From assembly GCF_000143415.4 (NCBI RefSeq), contig NW_003314389.1, positions 44,158 to 108,157 of the forward strand: a stretch of 64,000 nt of DNA. The letters run 5' to 3'. Source of the DNA: Selaginella moellendorffii (lineage: Eukaryota > Plantae > Lycopodiophyta). Below, one piece after another: positions 12,008-23,417 of the stretch. The translations under genes were made by a program, and so were the position numbers. The notes under the pieces were generated by a model, which was not told the origin of the DNA, made no database searches, and was given only the letters and a program-made list of their open reading frames with translations. Position 1 is the first letter of the stretch, and each line of letters opens with the position of its first letter.

Positions 12008-14214
12008 TCAGCTCAAATTTTTTTTAAAAGACCTACTCGGAGTATCTTGAATAGAGATACCAGCAGCAGCTTGGTTGAGATCTTCACCTCCGCCAGCTCT
12101 TCCATGAGGAGCTCCTGCTCTGAACGCTGAGCCAAGCTGATTCAACGGTGCCTTGAATTCCATTGCCACAACATTGTCAATTCTTGATTGCATCTTTTCA
12201 ATGTTTTGCTGCACTTTGGCCATCCTTTGTTGCACTACCTCTTCTGCTTCAGTGCCAAACTGCATCAGAAGCTCCTTGGCAATATAGCCAAAAATTCCAA
12301 TCACTGATCCTGAAAGCTCTTGGCATGTTAGATGCTGACATGCTTTTGCATGTTCTTACCCAGAAGACCAATGACTTGAGCATGATCTGAAGCAAGGTAG
12401 ATCATTGTGGTGCAAATAAAAATTGGGATTGCTGCAAAAGCTGAAAAATACCTGCAGTTAGTAGATAAATAAATATATATATTTCGTACCAAAAAGTGCT
12501 TGATCATCAAGCGGAATTCTAAAAGGGCGAAATGCATCTGGTTCAGTGTAACGCAATTGCACTAGCGAACAGAACTTAATTATTGTAGATAGTGCATAAA
12601 ACAGCATATCAGCCTGCAAAAATAGGACGTATTTTTTGGAAAAAACAAAATTGGGCATATGGACCTCTGCTAAAGAGATTGCGCTAAATCCAATCAGCAG
12701 TAGCGTACACCCAGAAGTGAGCAAAATGGCTTTATAGGGAGTACGATAGGTTGGATGTAGTTTTGAGAACATAGATGGCACCTACAAGGGTATCACTAGG
12801 TGCAAAAATATTTTAGGTAATTTCACCTGTTCCACTTGTGACATCCCATAAATGATACGTGAGTTTGTGCAAAGGCGCACGAGCAGGAGTCCCAGAGCAC
12901 TAAACACCTCCGACAATCCCATCCACACCTGCAATTTCGTGATAATAAACGAAAAAGAATTCTAGAATAAACAACCTTGAGCCCTTTTCCACCGATAAAC
13001 TTTGCAGCACGCATATATGTTCCATTCTTCCAGTCGGTAAAGTTTGGAATGACACTAACTCCAATTACTGTCGGCATAGAAAAAACTGCTGATATAAGCA
13101 TTACAGACGCTGCCAAAGCACGGGGATAAGAATGTGAAGGGTTTTTTACTTCTGCTGCACACGTTCCTGCTGCATCAAAACTGCAACAAAGAGCCATTAT
13201 CAGACAATGACAACTCAAAACCAGACATGCAGACCCTGAAGTATTCCACAGTAGCACAGTGAAAAATTTTCCCCAGTCTATTTTCTTCGGTAGAGGTCCC
13301 CTGGCCCAATCAAAATTTAAATATGGTAGACCAAGGATGATCATGGAAAAGAATGGTGCCAGAACTAGACATCCTAACACAATGGCGGCTTTGCCTGAAC
13401 AATTGAAATATAAAATAAGAGAACAAGTTTAATTGTGTAACTTACCAACAAGACCAATACCAAGGATGTTAAGAGCAGATGCGAGCACAAGAACCATGAC
13501 CTTGAGGAGTACACTCCACCCAAATGAAATGTGATGGGTATCTTCGTCGTAAAGTAATGCTGACAAGTATTCAACAAATAGAACTGGATAAAGCGCGTTA
13601 TCAAGAACACTGCAAGCAAATGCAAAATAGCTATTGACAAAAGACCAGAAAGGTCCCAAAGCCCGATAGACCCACAAGACATGACCACCACTCTCTGGAA
13701 TCATGCACGAGAGTTCCGCAGTCATTAACGCAAGAGGCGCCGACCATAGAAATGGGTACAGAAAAAGCCCGAGCAGCATCAATACAGCTCCACCGGTCTG
13801 AACGGTTTCCTCAAATCCAAAGGGTCCCTGCAAATGCAATGGAATGTATTCCTAGGAGAGAACTAAGCAAAAGCATTATATTTACTGCTCGCGGTTGCTC
13901 TGTTTTAACCTTGAACTTACCCCTGTGACACAGAAAAATGTCAATCCGACAAGCTGCAGTGTGTTGAGAAGCTTGACCTGGCCCTGCGATTGGAATGCCG
14001 GGGGCAACTTTGGAGCTTTCACGGCCTTAAGGCGTTTGTCTGCCTCCGCTGACAAGTGCACTGGTGGTTTTTGCTTGGTGCGTACATCGAAATCCCAATC
14101 GTAATCAAATAAGTAGGAAGACTTTCGCGGCTCTATGGAAGAGGAGGAGGAGGCTTCACTGGGCACAACAAGAAGGGCAGTATCAACTGCCTGGCTTCCC
14201 TCTGAAACCATCAT
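12008..14214 (-). CDS. APC-superfamily LAT/PUT-type amino-acid/polyamine transporter (multi-exon)
   Basis: Motifs LVGLTFFCVTGGPFGFEETV, ALMTAELSCMIPESGGHVLWVYRALGPFW, LDNALYPVLF, LLWNTSG, AAEVKNPSHSYPRAL and FRPFRIPL. GT-AG introns at 13920-13828, 13445-13395 and ~12357-12309, among others. Ends in a hydrophilic C-terminal tail with stop at 12008. Confidence 0.9.
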
Positions 14215-15118
14215 TGCCCATTCAATTCAGCCCTTCACAATTTATTTGTTAAAATCAAAATCGATTTTCTGAAATTGCCTCTTCGTTTTTATGTTGTGAG
14301 AAATTCCTTGGAAGAATTTATTCTGTTCTAGATATCATCTCCTCACAGAAGTAGTAGTCCTTTTTGATCATAGACAAACCAAAGAACGAGAGGCTGTGGG
14401 AAATTCCCCAGAGACAAAGAATCAAAAAGGAGAGAAGACTACTACCATGAAAATCGCCAGGAGAAAGAAGTTGCTGGTTCGATAGTATCTTGAAGACTAG
14501 TAACCGGTTCTCCTCAAAGACCATCTCGCTGCCGCTCAAGCACAACACAACCGATTCTAAAGAAGGCTTGTGGGTTGTGAGAGATTTTTCTCTTTCAGCG
14601 TCTCGAAGACATTGGCAGCACTTCGAGAGTCTACTGGATTCTATACCACAGGCCTTTCTCTACTTATATTGCCAAATGAGTTCAATGAAGATTATCAGGA
14701 GAGTTTCTTTTGACATTGCAGACACAGGTAGTGGATGGTTTTTTAGAAGCTACTTAGAATTGCTATATGCAGATGTACGCACTCACACGATCACAAAAGT
14801 TCAATCTAAAAATGAGCACAAGAGTCACAATATTAAAAAAATTTAAAAGCTCTTTATCCTGGTCAGTTGTTTGCTAATGCTCAACTCTTCTTGGTATATA
14901 CTGAGGCTGCTCTACCGATCTTTTGATAAGTGTACACTGGTAGGCATGTAATTTTTTATTTCTTTCTTGATTCCATCACACTTTTATCCAGCTGAGGGAG
15001 TGTATCTTCATTTATAAGAGAATCATTTGAAACAAAAAAAAAGAAGCCACTCATAGTAAGTTAATAGTTTTACAAAATGGAGAAAAAGAAGAAAAAATTC
15101 ACCCAGATGGCAATGAAC

Positions 15119-15790
15119 TGTTAATGGCAATGAAGGTGAACCTTAAAAGCTGCTAGAAGATGGTGGAGATCACTGGCCATATCTCTGCAGTAACGATTCT
15201 CACATCAGCAAAGGAGGAGAAAAAAGCAAGAAAACAAATAAAAAGCAAGTGTAGACATTAAATGTTTCTTCTCTTACCTACATTATCGTAGAGCTCAAAC
15301 AATGGAACTGCCAGTAGTTTGAGATTCTTTGAAACAGTAAAGTATTGTCTTTCGGGGAGGAGAACCATGCAGAACTTCTTACACTCCTGACACAAGGAAT
15401 AATAAAAGAAATGAGAAGATCATACAAAAGAGTTATGAGTAACAATACCTTTGGTTTGGTGATGTGAGGAGGCAGGATATGGCAGCGTCTCAAAGTTTGG
15501 TCTCTACCAAATTGCCACAAACTCTTCAAACTGGAAGGAATGGAAACGAACAAAACCAAAGTTCTTTATATCTTCGTGTATTTCCATCATACTTGTTCAG
15601 GCTGGATTGAAGCTGCCATTGGAGCAACCTTTCTCATGAGCTTCCTCTTCAATCATTCCACCTGTAGTCAGAAGAGTTATCAAGGTTAGCAGAGTGAATG
15701 ATGAAAGAAAGCTTCTTTACCATTTTTCTCCAGACTTGAGTCTTCCTCTGGGAAGCTTGAAAACGTATTCTGCTGCTCGTGGGCAATGGC
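15119..15790 (-). pseudogene. CFIm25: Pre-mRNA cleavage factor Im 25 kDa subunit (NUDT21/CPSF5) pseudogene fragment, introns retained
   Basis: Exon remnants translate to KLPRGRLKSGE | LKRKLMRK...IQPE | VAIW*RPNFETLPYP-(fs)-PPHITKPK | ECKKF...KNLKLLAVPLFELYDNV | RYG..ISTI..QLLRF. Stops and frameshifts are present and the N-terminus is absent. Confidence 0.85.
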
Positions 15791-16205
15791 GGACCCTACA
15801 ACATCTTTTTCCCTGTCCATCGTGAGATCTTCGTCCCTGTCCCTGTTCAACCAACCTGCTCACCAACACTGGCTTTGCCACTACGTACAATTGAGCATTC
15901 CCAAAACCCTGGTGGAGAATTCTCGTGCGACCTTGAGATCTCGCTGGTGATGCTGCTGCTGCTGCTGTGATTCTGACTTACCTGTAGCATGAAATCGGAT
16001 CTACCATTGGGACTTCTAGACAGCCTTTCTGTCACCATACTACCGTTAAAAGCTGTGACACAAAAACATACCCCAACCGAAGAACTTCCTTCAGCTCTGA
16101 TAGCAAAACATACAAAGCACAATGATTACCTGTATCCCAAAATATTCACTGACTTTCTCTGAAAAGAATAGATATCAGAGGTTCCACTCTCACTCTGTAA
16201 TCACA
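15770..16205. repeat. Local duplication, copy 1 (copy 2 at ~18396-18955); spliced gene-like fragment on the minus strand
   Basis: Shared blocks such as 'ggtggagaattctc...gagatctcgctggtgatgctgctgctgctgctgtgattc' and 'gatagcaaaac...atgattacctgtatcc...gatatcaga'. Confidence 0.8.
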
Positions 16206-18395
16206 AAGAAAGGATTGTTGTACTTACTTATTACATTTCACTTGACAGGTTCTTGTCAACTCATCCATGATGTTTTGCATTTTATCTAACACTTATATTG
16301 CTTTTACTTTTGATTGTTGCCTACTTGACGGTTTGTTTACATGGTTGTGTAGAATTTATTGTCTTTATCCATCTTCCTCTTGCCACTTTTTATGCTTAGA
16401 AACTTAATACATACATAGGTAAACTTCATGTTTATGTCAAGCATTAGTCCTTAATTCTTACCATTACATCTCACCATTGTGGAGTTAGCATTCTCCATCT
16501 CTTCAAAAACGTGGAGAGGTATTTTTTCGAATCAACCCTAACTTCTCTTAAGCCATCGATCAAAACTCTTATTTCTATACAATAGTATATAGTATAGTTT
16601 CTATACAATAGTTGTGCTAACAGTGCATATACACTTGGCTTAGATAGAAAATAAAGAGATAGTTTGAATTCAAGTCAAACTTAATTTAGCTGGTATCAGC
16701 AATAATGAAGCTCCTACAAAGCACTGAACTTATATGGTCATGCTTCACACACTTAAGCATATTTATTGCCAGCTTTTGATCATCTCTCCAAGTCCTTGTG
16801 AACTTTACAGGCACTAAGCAGTCACTAAAGAAGTGAATGACATTCTCTTGATGAACCTATCTGCATCTTGTATTAGTTTAGTTCTCTTGAGAAAGTTTGC
16901 CACAGTAGTGCTCGTGTGATAAGTCCACATTATCCACATTCTTCATACAAGAGTGGAAGTGCCTGGAAATCTAGAAGCAGAGAAAACATTGTCTTCTTAT
17001 TTCAAGTTATTACTTTCTGATCATCCCCAGAGGAAATAAGTGAAGAGTTAGGCAGTACACTGAGTACAATGGTCACCACATCTGTGATCCATACACTGCA
17101 AATATTTTAAAACCGTATGGAACTGTTTGCAGGACTTTCCTGGAGGCTCATTACGCCAAGCCAATGTTGTTGTTGTCCTTGTGTTCTCCACCACATCATG
17201 TGCAGAAAGACAGAGACAAATAGGGATCATCATAACAATCTGCTCACCATGTGGAGATGATTCCAGTGGAGCGGTTCCATAAAGCTTCTCAATCTAGGCC
17301 CCAAGAACATGTATACTGAGATCCCTAGCAATGGTGCTACCACAGAGAATGCTACCGTCCCAACTCCATGCTCAAGCCCTGGAAGAATGTGTGAAACCCT
17401 ATCTTCCGGCCTGCTATGACAGTTCTAAACAGCACGTGAGGGATTCTTTTTGGTGGGTTCCTCTTCACAATGAATGGATTCTCTTTAGTGAGTGTGCGGT
17501 TCCATTGGCACCCCTGCTCGAGTGAAACTCATTCCCTTTGCTCACTCATATGCAGAGGAGATAGCACAGCAATTGTTTGATAAATGCTCTGATATCAGTA
17601 GCACTAAAGAGGAGGAAAATTCTGAGGGACAGCGAGCATAACTGCGAGTGTGCACTCATATTTACATGATTCTGGGTTCGTGAAAGCATGGAATTTAAGT
17701 AACCTTTGCAAAAGTGAGTGATATGGTGTAAGCTTTGTATTGCTTAATTGTTGCTTAGTTCTTCAACAGGAATACCAGAGGAGAAGAGATGTCTTGCGAC
17801 AGGCCAACTATAGGCTCCATGGTTCATGTGGAGTACACAGCCTGATTATGTAGAGGAGCTGTTGATATAAATGTAGAGAAGCAAAGTGACTTTGAGCTTG
17901 AACTGAGCAGTGGGCTTGTACTTGGCCTTCTCGACACATATGTTACTGTTATGTGTGTAGGTCAGAGTGCTCACTTAGAGCGAAGAGGGAAAGACATTTG
18001 GTATTTTTTTGTAGCCAGTCAAGGGCAGGAGACACCTTATAAATAATGTAGTATTACAACACAAATACAATTGAATCTGGCACCACTGCACTTCATTTGT
18101 CCTCAAACATGTAGATATGGCCATGGTCACTATTCTTTGTTTGTCTTTCTTAGTTCTCTCTTGCTCTGCAAGCTGGTGAAGTTGGATTGGATCCTACCTA
18201 GTGTGTCACAATAATCAATACACGTCCATGGGTGTGATGATGCTCCTCGTCTCCAGACTAATTGGATTTGTACAGCACCGTGCCCCTATAGAGAAACGCA
18301 TGGTGGATCACCGCCACCACGTTGAAGCTCACCTTGCCACTGGGTTGAGCAGAAATGGCTCCAAAGTGATAGAGCAAATCAGTGACCTCATCAAT

Positions 18396-18603
18396 CTCTG
18401 CTGCTCGTGGGTGATGGCTGACCCTGCAAGATCTTCATACCTGTCCCTTGTGCGATCTTCGTCCCTGTCCCTCGCACTGCCCTTCTCACCTGGCTGCTAG
18501 GTACATGTGACTCATCCGAAACTCCTGGTGGAGAATTCTCATAGCCTTGAGATCTTCTCGCTGGTGATGCTACTGCTGCTGCTGCTGTGATTCCAACTCC
18601 AAA

Positions 18604-18658
<55 letters not shown>

Positions 18659-18955
18659 GCCACTGCTGTTGTTTACCAGATAGGGATATGTAGTGGTGCT
18701 CAAATTTTGTATCCTGGATCCACATGAGAATGACGTGATAGCAAAGAGCAAGACTTACCTGTTTAAGTCAAATCTACCATTGGACTTCTAGATAGCCTTT
18801 CTGTCACCATACTACTGTGACAACACCATACCCCAACCGAAGAATTTCCTCTAGCTTTGATAGCAAAACTTCCAAAGCACTATGATTACCTGTATCCAGA
18901 GATATTCACTGACTTTCTCCAAAAAGAATAGATATCAGATGTTCCACTTTGTAAT
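18396..18955. repeat. Local duplication, copy 2, with an insertion that includes a (CT)n microsatellite
   Basis: Homologous to 15770-16205. (CT)n tract at ~18608-18656. Confidence 0.8.
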
Positions 18956-19849
18956 CAGGACAGAAGGATAAATGTAAACGCTGCTAACACAGAAGTATAT
19001 TGATACCTGTAGGCAACAGGATCATATGGGTGAAATATGTTCATCATTTGCCTGCATGTGGGCTTTTTTTTTTTTCAATGCCTTTTCAAATTGTCTATAA
19101 AAAGAAGCTGATTTTTCTCTGAGTTAAATTTCATTCTTGACCTTTTGGAATTGTTGTAATTACATTAACCTGCACATTGATTATTTTTGGATTATCAATA
19201 AAAGGCATGCCGAGATTGTAAACATCTATCATCTATCACTTTGGCTTCAATGCCATCAATTTGGATCACTGAAACAACCTTGTAGTCCCTTGAGATTGCC
19301 TAGATGTTTTTCCAACAATTTGCTGACTGGAATAGTATTGTAGTTATCCACATGAGAACGGTTTGCCAATTTGAGCCATTACCTTGTTGTGTTTATTTTT
19401 GATATTTTACTGATTTTAAAAAGTGTTATTTTAATCATAATTTTTAACATAATCATAATTATAATTTATATAGTTAATTTTTATATAAAAGATCTCATTT
19501 GCAATTGGCAATAATTATAACACACCTCATAACATAACAGATATAATCAGAGTGCCAAGTGAAGTCTTAGATCTTCTACCAAGAAAAAAATGCTTATTAT
19601 GGGATCCTATGGATAGATGAATTGTTTTGAAATTGAGGCTTGCCAACCACTAAAGAAATAGGTCTAATTATGGTGGAAACACTTTGGGTAACCTATAAAA
19701 TTTTCATATGAGTTTTTGAAGCCTTTTTCTATAATGAAAAGAGCTCAACTGTAGTAAGCAATCTATTGAATCCCAAGGAATCAATTATATAAGCTAAACT
19801 CATTGATGGTTTTTTGGATCTTTGTTGAAAGGCATACTAAGCTTATAAA

Positions 19850-20040
19850 CTACCACATTTAACCAAAAAAAGAAAATGATTGGAAAGGTGATCCATATAG
19901 ATTCAAATATAGAAAGAAAGAGCCCATGAATAAAATTGCACTCTATCTTGTAATTGGTTAAGAGTTTTGGGATACTTGGGGCTAAACGTTTTTAGGTTTA
20001 AGTGGGTGACCTTCTATGAAGTTCAAATTTAAGAGTTTAC
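19850..20040 (+). mobile_element. Degenerate Cassandra solo LTR
   Basis: 'ttcaaatatagaaagaaagagcccatgaa...ggttaagagttttgggatacttgggg...gggtgaccttctatgaagttcaaatttaagagtttaca' matches the 36861 LTR. Confidence 0.65.
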
Positions 20041-20224
20041 ACTATGATCATGGCTTCTAAATTGTCAACTTGGATCATTGTTATAACCTTGCAATTTTTT
20101 AAGACTGTCTAAATGTTTTTCTAGCAGCTCATGGTATGGAACAAAAGCTCTTTGTCATTAGTGTTTATGCACCATACATAAGTTATTGCTATGATTGTGT
20201 CTTTGCAACATAAATTCGTTCAAT

Positions 20225-21345
20225 TTGGACATGAGATGGAGTTTGAGATGGACATGAGATGGAGTCTGAGATGGAACTGAGAGGGAGTTTGAGATGGACC
20301 CGAGAGGGAGTCTGAGATGGACCTGAGACAGAGTCTGAGATGGACCCGAGATGGAGTCCGAGATGAACTAAGATGGAGTCCGAGATGGACTCAAGATGGA
20401 GTTCGAGGTGGAGTCTGAGAAGGACTCGAGATGGAGTTTGAGATGGAACCAAGACCAAGACCAGCACCAAGACCGAGACCGAGACTGAGTTTGAGTCCAA
20501 AGTTGAGACCGAGACCGAGTTCAAGTCGGAGTCGGAGTCCGAATACTAATACAAGCTGTTGGGTGAAAGCCCAAAGCGATCATCCCCCAGGGGGGGCAAG
20601 GGCTAAACCCAAGTGGAGCTAGTTTGGCTAAGAAAGGCCACTTTGGCCCAGGAAGGATGTACCCAGGTGTTGGGTGATGGGATAACCATTGGAAAGTCCA
20701 AGGCTAGAGTGAATATAGATTGACAAGTGGGGTAGCTTGGTGAAGTGTTCAAGAGCCGGCTCTAGTTCCCCCGTGAGATTGAATGGTTGATGCTCCTAGT
20801 CCAAGCATGGGTGGCACTACCTACTTGGATACCTAGTGTGGCTCAATGGAACCTTGCTCTAAGCCCATAGCTAAAGCACTCAAAGGTGGAAAGTGGGGAG
20901 AGTACCCATGAGGCTTGTGTAGGGCCATAATATTCCAAAATGTTGTCCCAAAGTCCCAAACTGTGGAAAGGAAGAGGAGTGGTCCTGTAGTGTAGTGACC
21001 AAGGATAGGGTCATATGGTGAAGAAGTCCCAGAGGACAGTGGAACTTAGTGTTCGGGCATGTAGGCCTTGTCCCAGTGGCAGTGTTCGTGAACCCGACCA
21101 TGGACAAAAAAGGGACTTGGTGGGGACTGTAAAAAGGATATTGGGGAAGGATGTTCCCCATGTCTGCAGACATTTTAAAGATGCTAAGGAGTGGATCTAG
21201 GATAATCACTCATCAACGAATGGCCTAGTCTTTGAGAAATGAAATTGTGATGCAGGTGGTGTTATACCACTGGTGTGACCAAGGTGAATGGGCATGGCTT
21301 TAGTGTAACGGGCTAATATGTCAATGGTACCTTGGGGTGTCGGTC
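20225..21345 (+). mobile_element. Older, partial family-A LTR (minisatellite plus promoter region)
   Basis: Degenerate GATGGAGTCCGA repeats and GGGTGAAAGCCCAAAGC; colinear with 29290-30775. Confidence 0.75.
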
Positions 21346-21989
21346 TATCGTGAATGTGACTTCGGGTATCAAAAAATATTTGTTAGCCAGTCCTTACGAA
21401 CACTTTTTCCTTACTACCACGATGGCAGGAGGTTGGTATTGCTGGTCCCTTTTATGGTTTCCACCCAAGCTAGTTGAGAAACTGGTTATTGCATGTGCAC
21501 TTGACCAGATGAGCATTAGGATGGAATTCCTATATGCTGTTTGTCAAGCATACTTGATCTGGTTAGAGAAACTTATTCGTTGACTTGCACTTGCTAGTGT
21601 TGGAAACCCCTCGATATTGAGTCTAGTCCCTCAATATCATTATATGATACCTTACCGTGTCCGCCAAACACCCTCGCTATCATACTTTTGTGTTAGTCTC
21701 ATTTCGGTCCTAAATGTTATTTATGAAATGTGTCTAGATTTGCTTGTTTGGCATATCTACAAAATGTAGAGATTGGCCTAAACATAATGGTGTTTGTCTT
21801 GTGTCCAAATTTTCAATCTAGAAATATTCCATATTTAGTAAGTTTCGAGCTTGTCCCAGAGATTAACTCCTGGTACTAAGGGAGGCTTGGGGTGAAAGCC
21901 CAAAGCATGTGTTCCTCAGGGGGGCGGGTGGCTATGGAGGGTTCCAAATGTATAGTAGGGATAGTGGTTGGAATGCATGTCTGACCATC
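21346..21989 (+). mobile_element. Family-B LTR 5' part, inserted into a family-A LTR and truncated by an inverted family-B element
   Basis: Starts TATCGTGAATGTGAC (compare TGTCACAAATGTGA). Reverse-complement match to 22459-23109. Confidence 0.75.
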
Positions 21990-23417
21990 TATAGCGTACG
22001 TGGTATCGAGCTTTAGTCCTATAGTGATTTACCATAGGATAACCACAAAACAGAACCTAAAACCTCTTTGTGCCATGTGACATATGCCATGTGTGCCATA
22101 GGACAGTGGTGTGGAACTTGAAGTTCAGGGCCTTGGGCCACTAAACGAAGGAACAGTGCCAAACCCCCAAGCATGGAGCCAAGGAGTGTTGGAACTAGAC
22201 TATGGAGCAACTCTCGAGCATACAGCCCAAGGAGCAAAGGGACAGGAGCCCGGAGTGACTTGGAATAGTCATAGAGCAATCAGCATCCCAATGCTAGGAC
22301 TAACATGCAAAATGGAGCCAAACGAAATTTGGCACTATTTTAGCATACATGAGGACATGGGTACTCCATCAGCTAGCATGGTGTGGAGCTTAAGCTTAGA
22401 CCCAAGCTGGACGCAGAACAAGGATAAGCACGCAAGCAGAAGCTAGACTATGCCTCAAGATGGTCAGCCATGCTTGACCTACCCACTATCCCTACTATAC
22501 ATTTGGAACCCCCCACAGCCCCCCCCCCCCCTTAAGGAACACACACTTTGGGCTTTCACCCCAAGCCTCTCTTAGTACCAGGAGTTAGTCTCTGGGACAG
22601 GCTTGAAACTTACTAAATATGGAATGGTGCTAGAATGCAAATTTGGACACGGGATGAACACCATTGGGTTCAGGACAATCTCTACATTCCGTAGATATGC
22701 TAAATGAGCGAATCTAGACATTTTCCATAAATAGCATTTAGGACCGAAATGAGACTAACACAAAGGGCATGATAGCGAGGGTGTTTGGCAGACATGGTAA
22801 GTTATCATCTAGCGATATTGAGGGACCAAGCTCAATATCACGGGGGTTCCCAACACTAGTAAGTGCAGGTCAATAAATGAGTTTCTCTAACCAGGTCAAG
22901 TATGCTTGACTAAATAGATACTTAAGAATTCCTTCCTTATGCTCATCTGGTCAAGTGCACATGCGAAGACCAGTTTCTCAACTAACTTAGGTGGAGACTG
23001 ATAATAGGTCCAGCAATACCGACCTCCTATCGTCGTGGCAGTAAGGAAAGAGTGTTCGTAAGGACTGGCCGACAGGTAACTTTCGATACCTGAAGTCACA
23101 TTTGTGACACTCTCCCCCCCAAGGAAGATTGACGTCCTCATTGATACATACTCGAGTTTAGAATACTGCTAAGGAAACAACTCTAGAAAAAGTTCACGAT
23201 ACTCACATTATGTGAGAAATGCACCAACTTAAATGAGTTAGGGGGTAACCTCTTTGTCTAACGCGGATGCGCTGCCAACTCAGACACCTTCAGGCCATCG
23301 CCGACAAAGAAATGACCAATGGAGTCAGCCACCCTTGCTGCTTTGGGTGTCACCTAGTGTACAAAAGTGTGATACGCCTCTGCCTGCAGGGATATAGAGA
23401 GAGAAGCTAGAGGCCCC

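Noticed and set aside
21915-21935. Poly-G tract as a second PPT defining a shorter 530-bp LTR
   Set aside because: The tract lies within the promoter module shared with family A. The true PPT and TG start are ~580 bp upstream (23109-23123 on the minus strand; 41182-41195).
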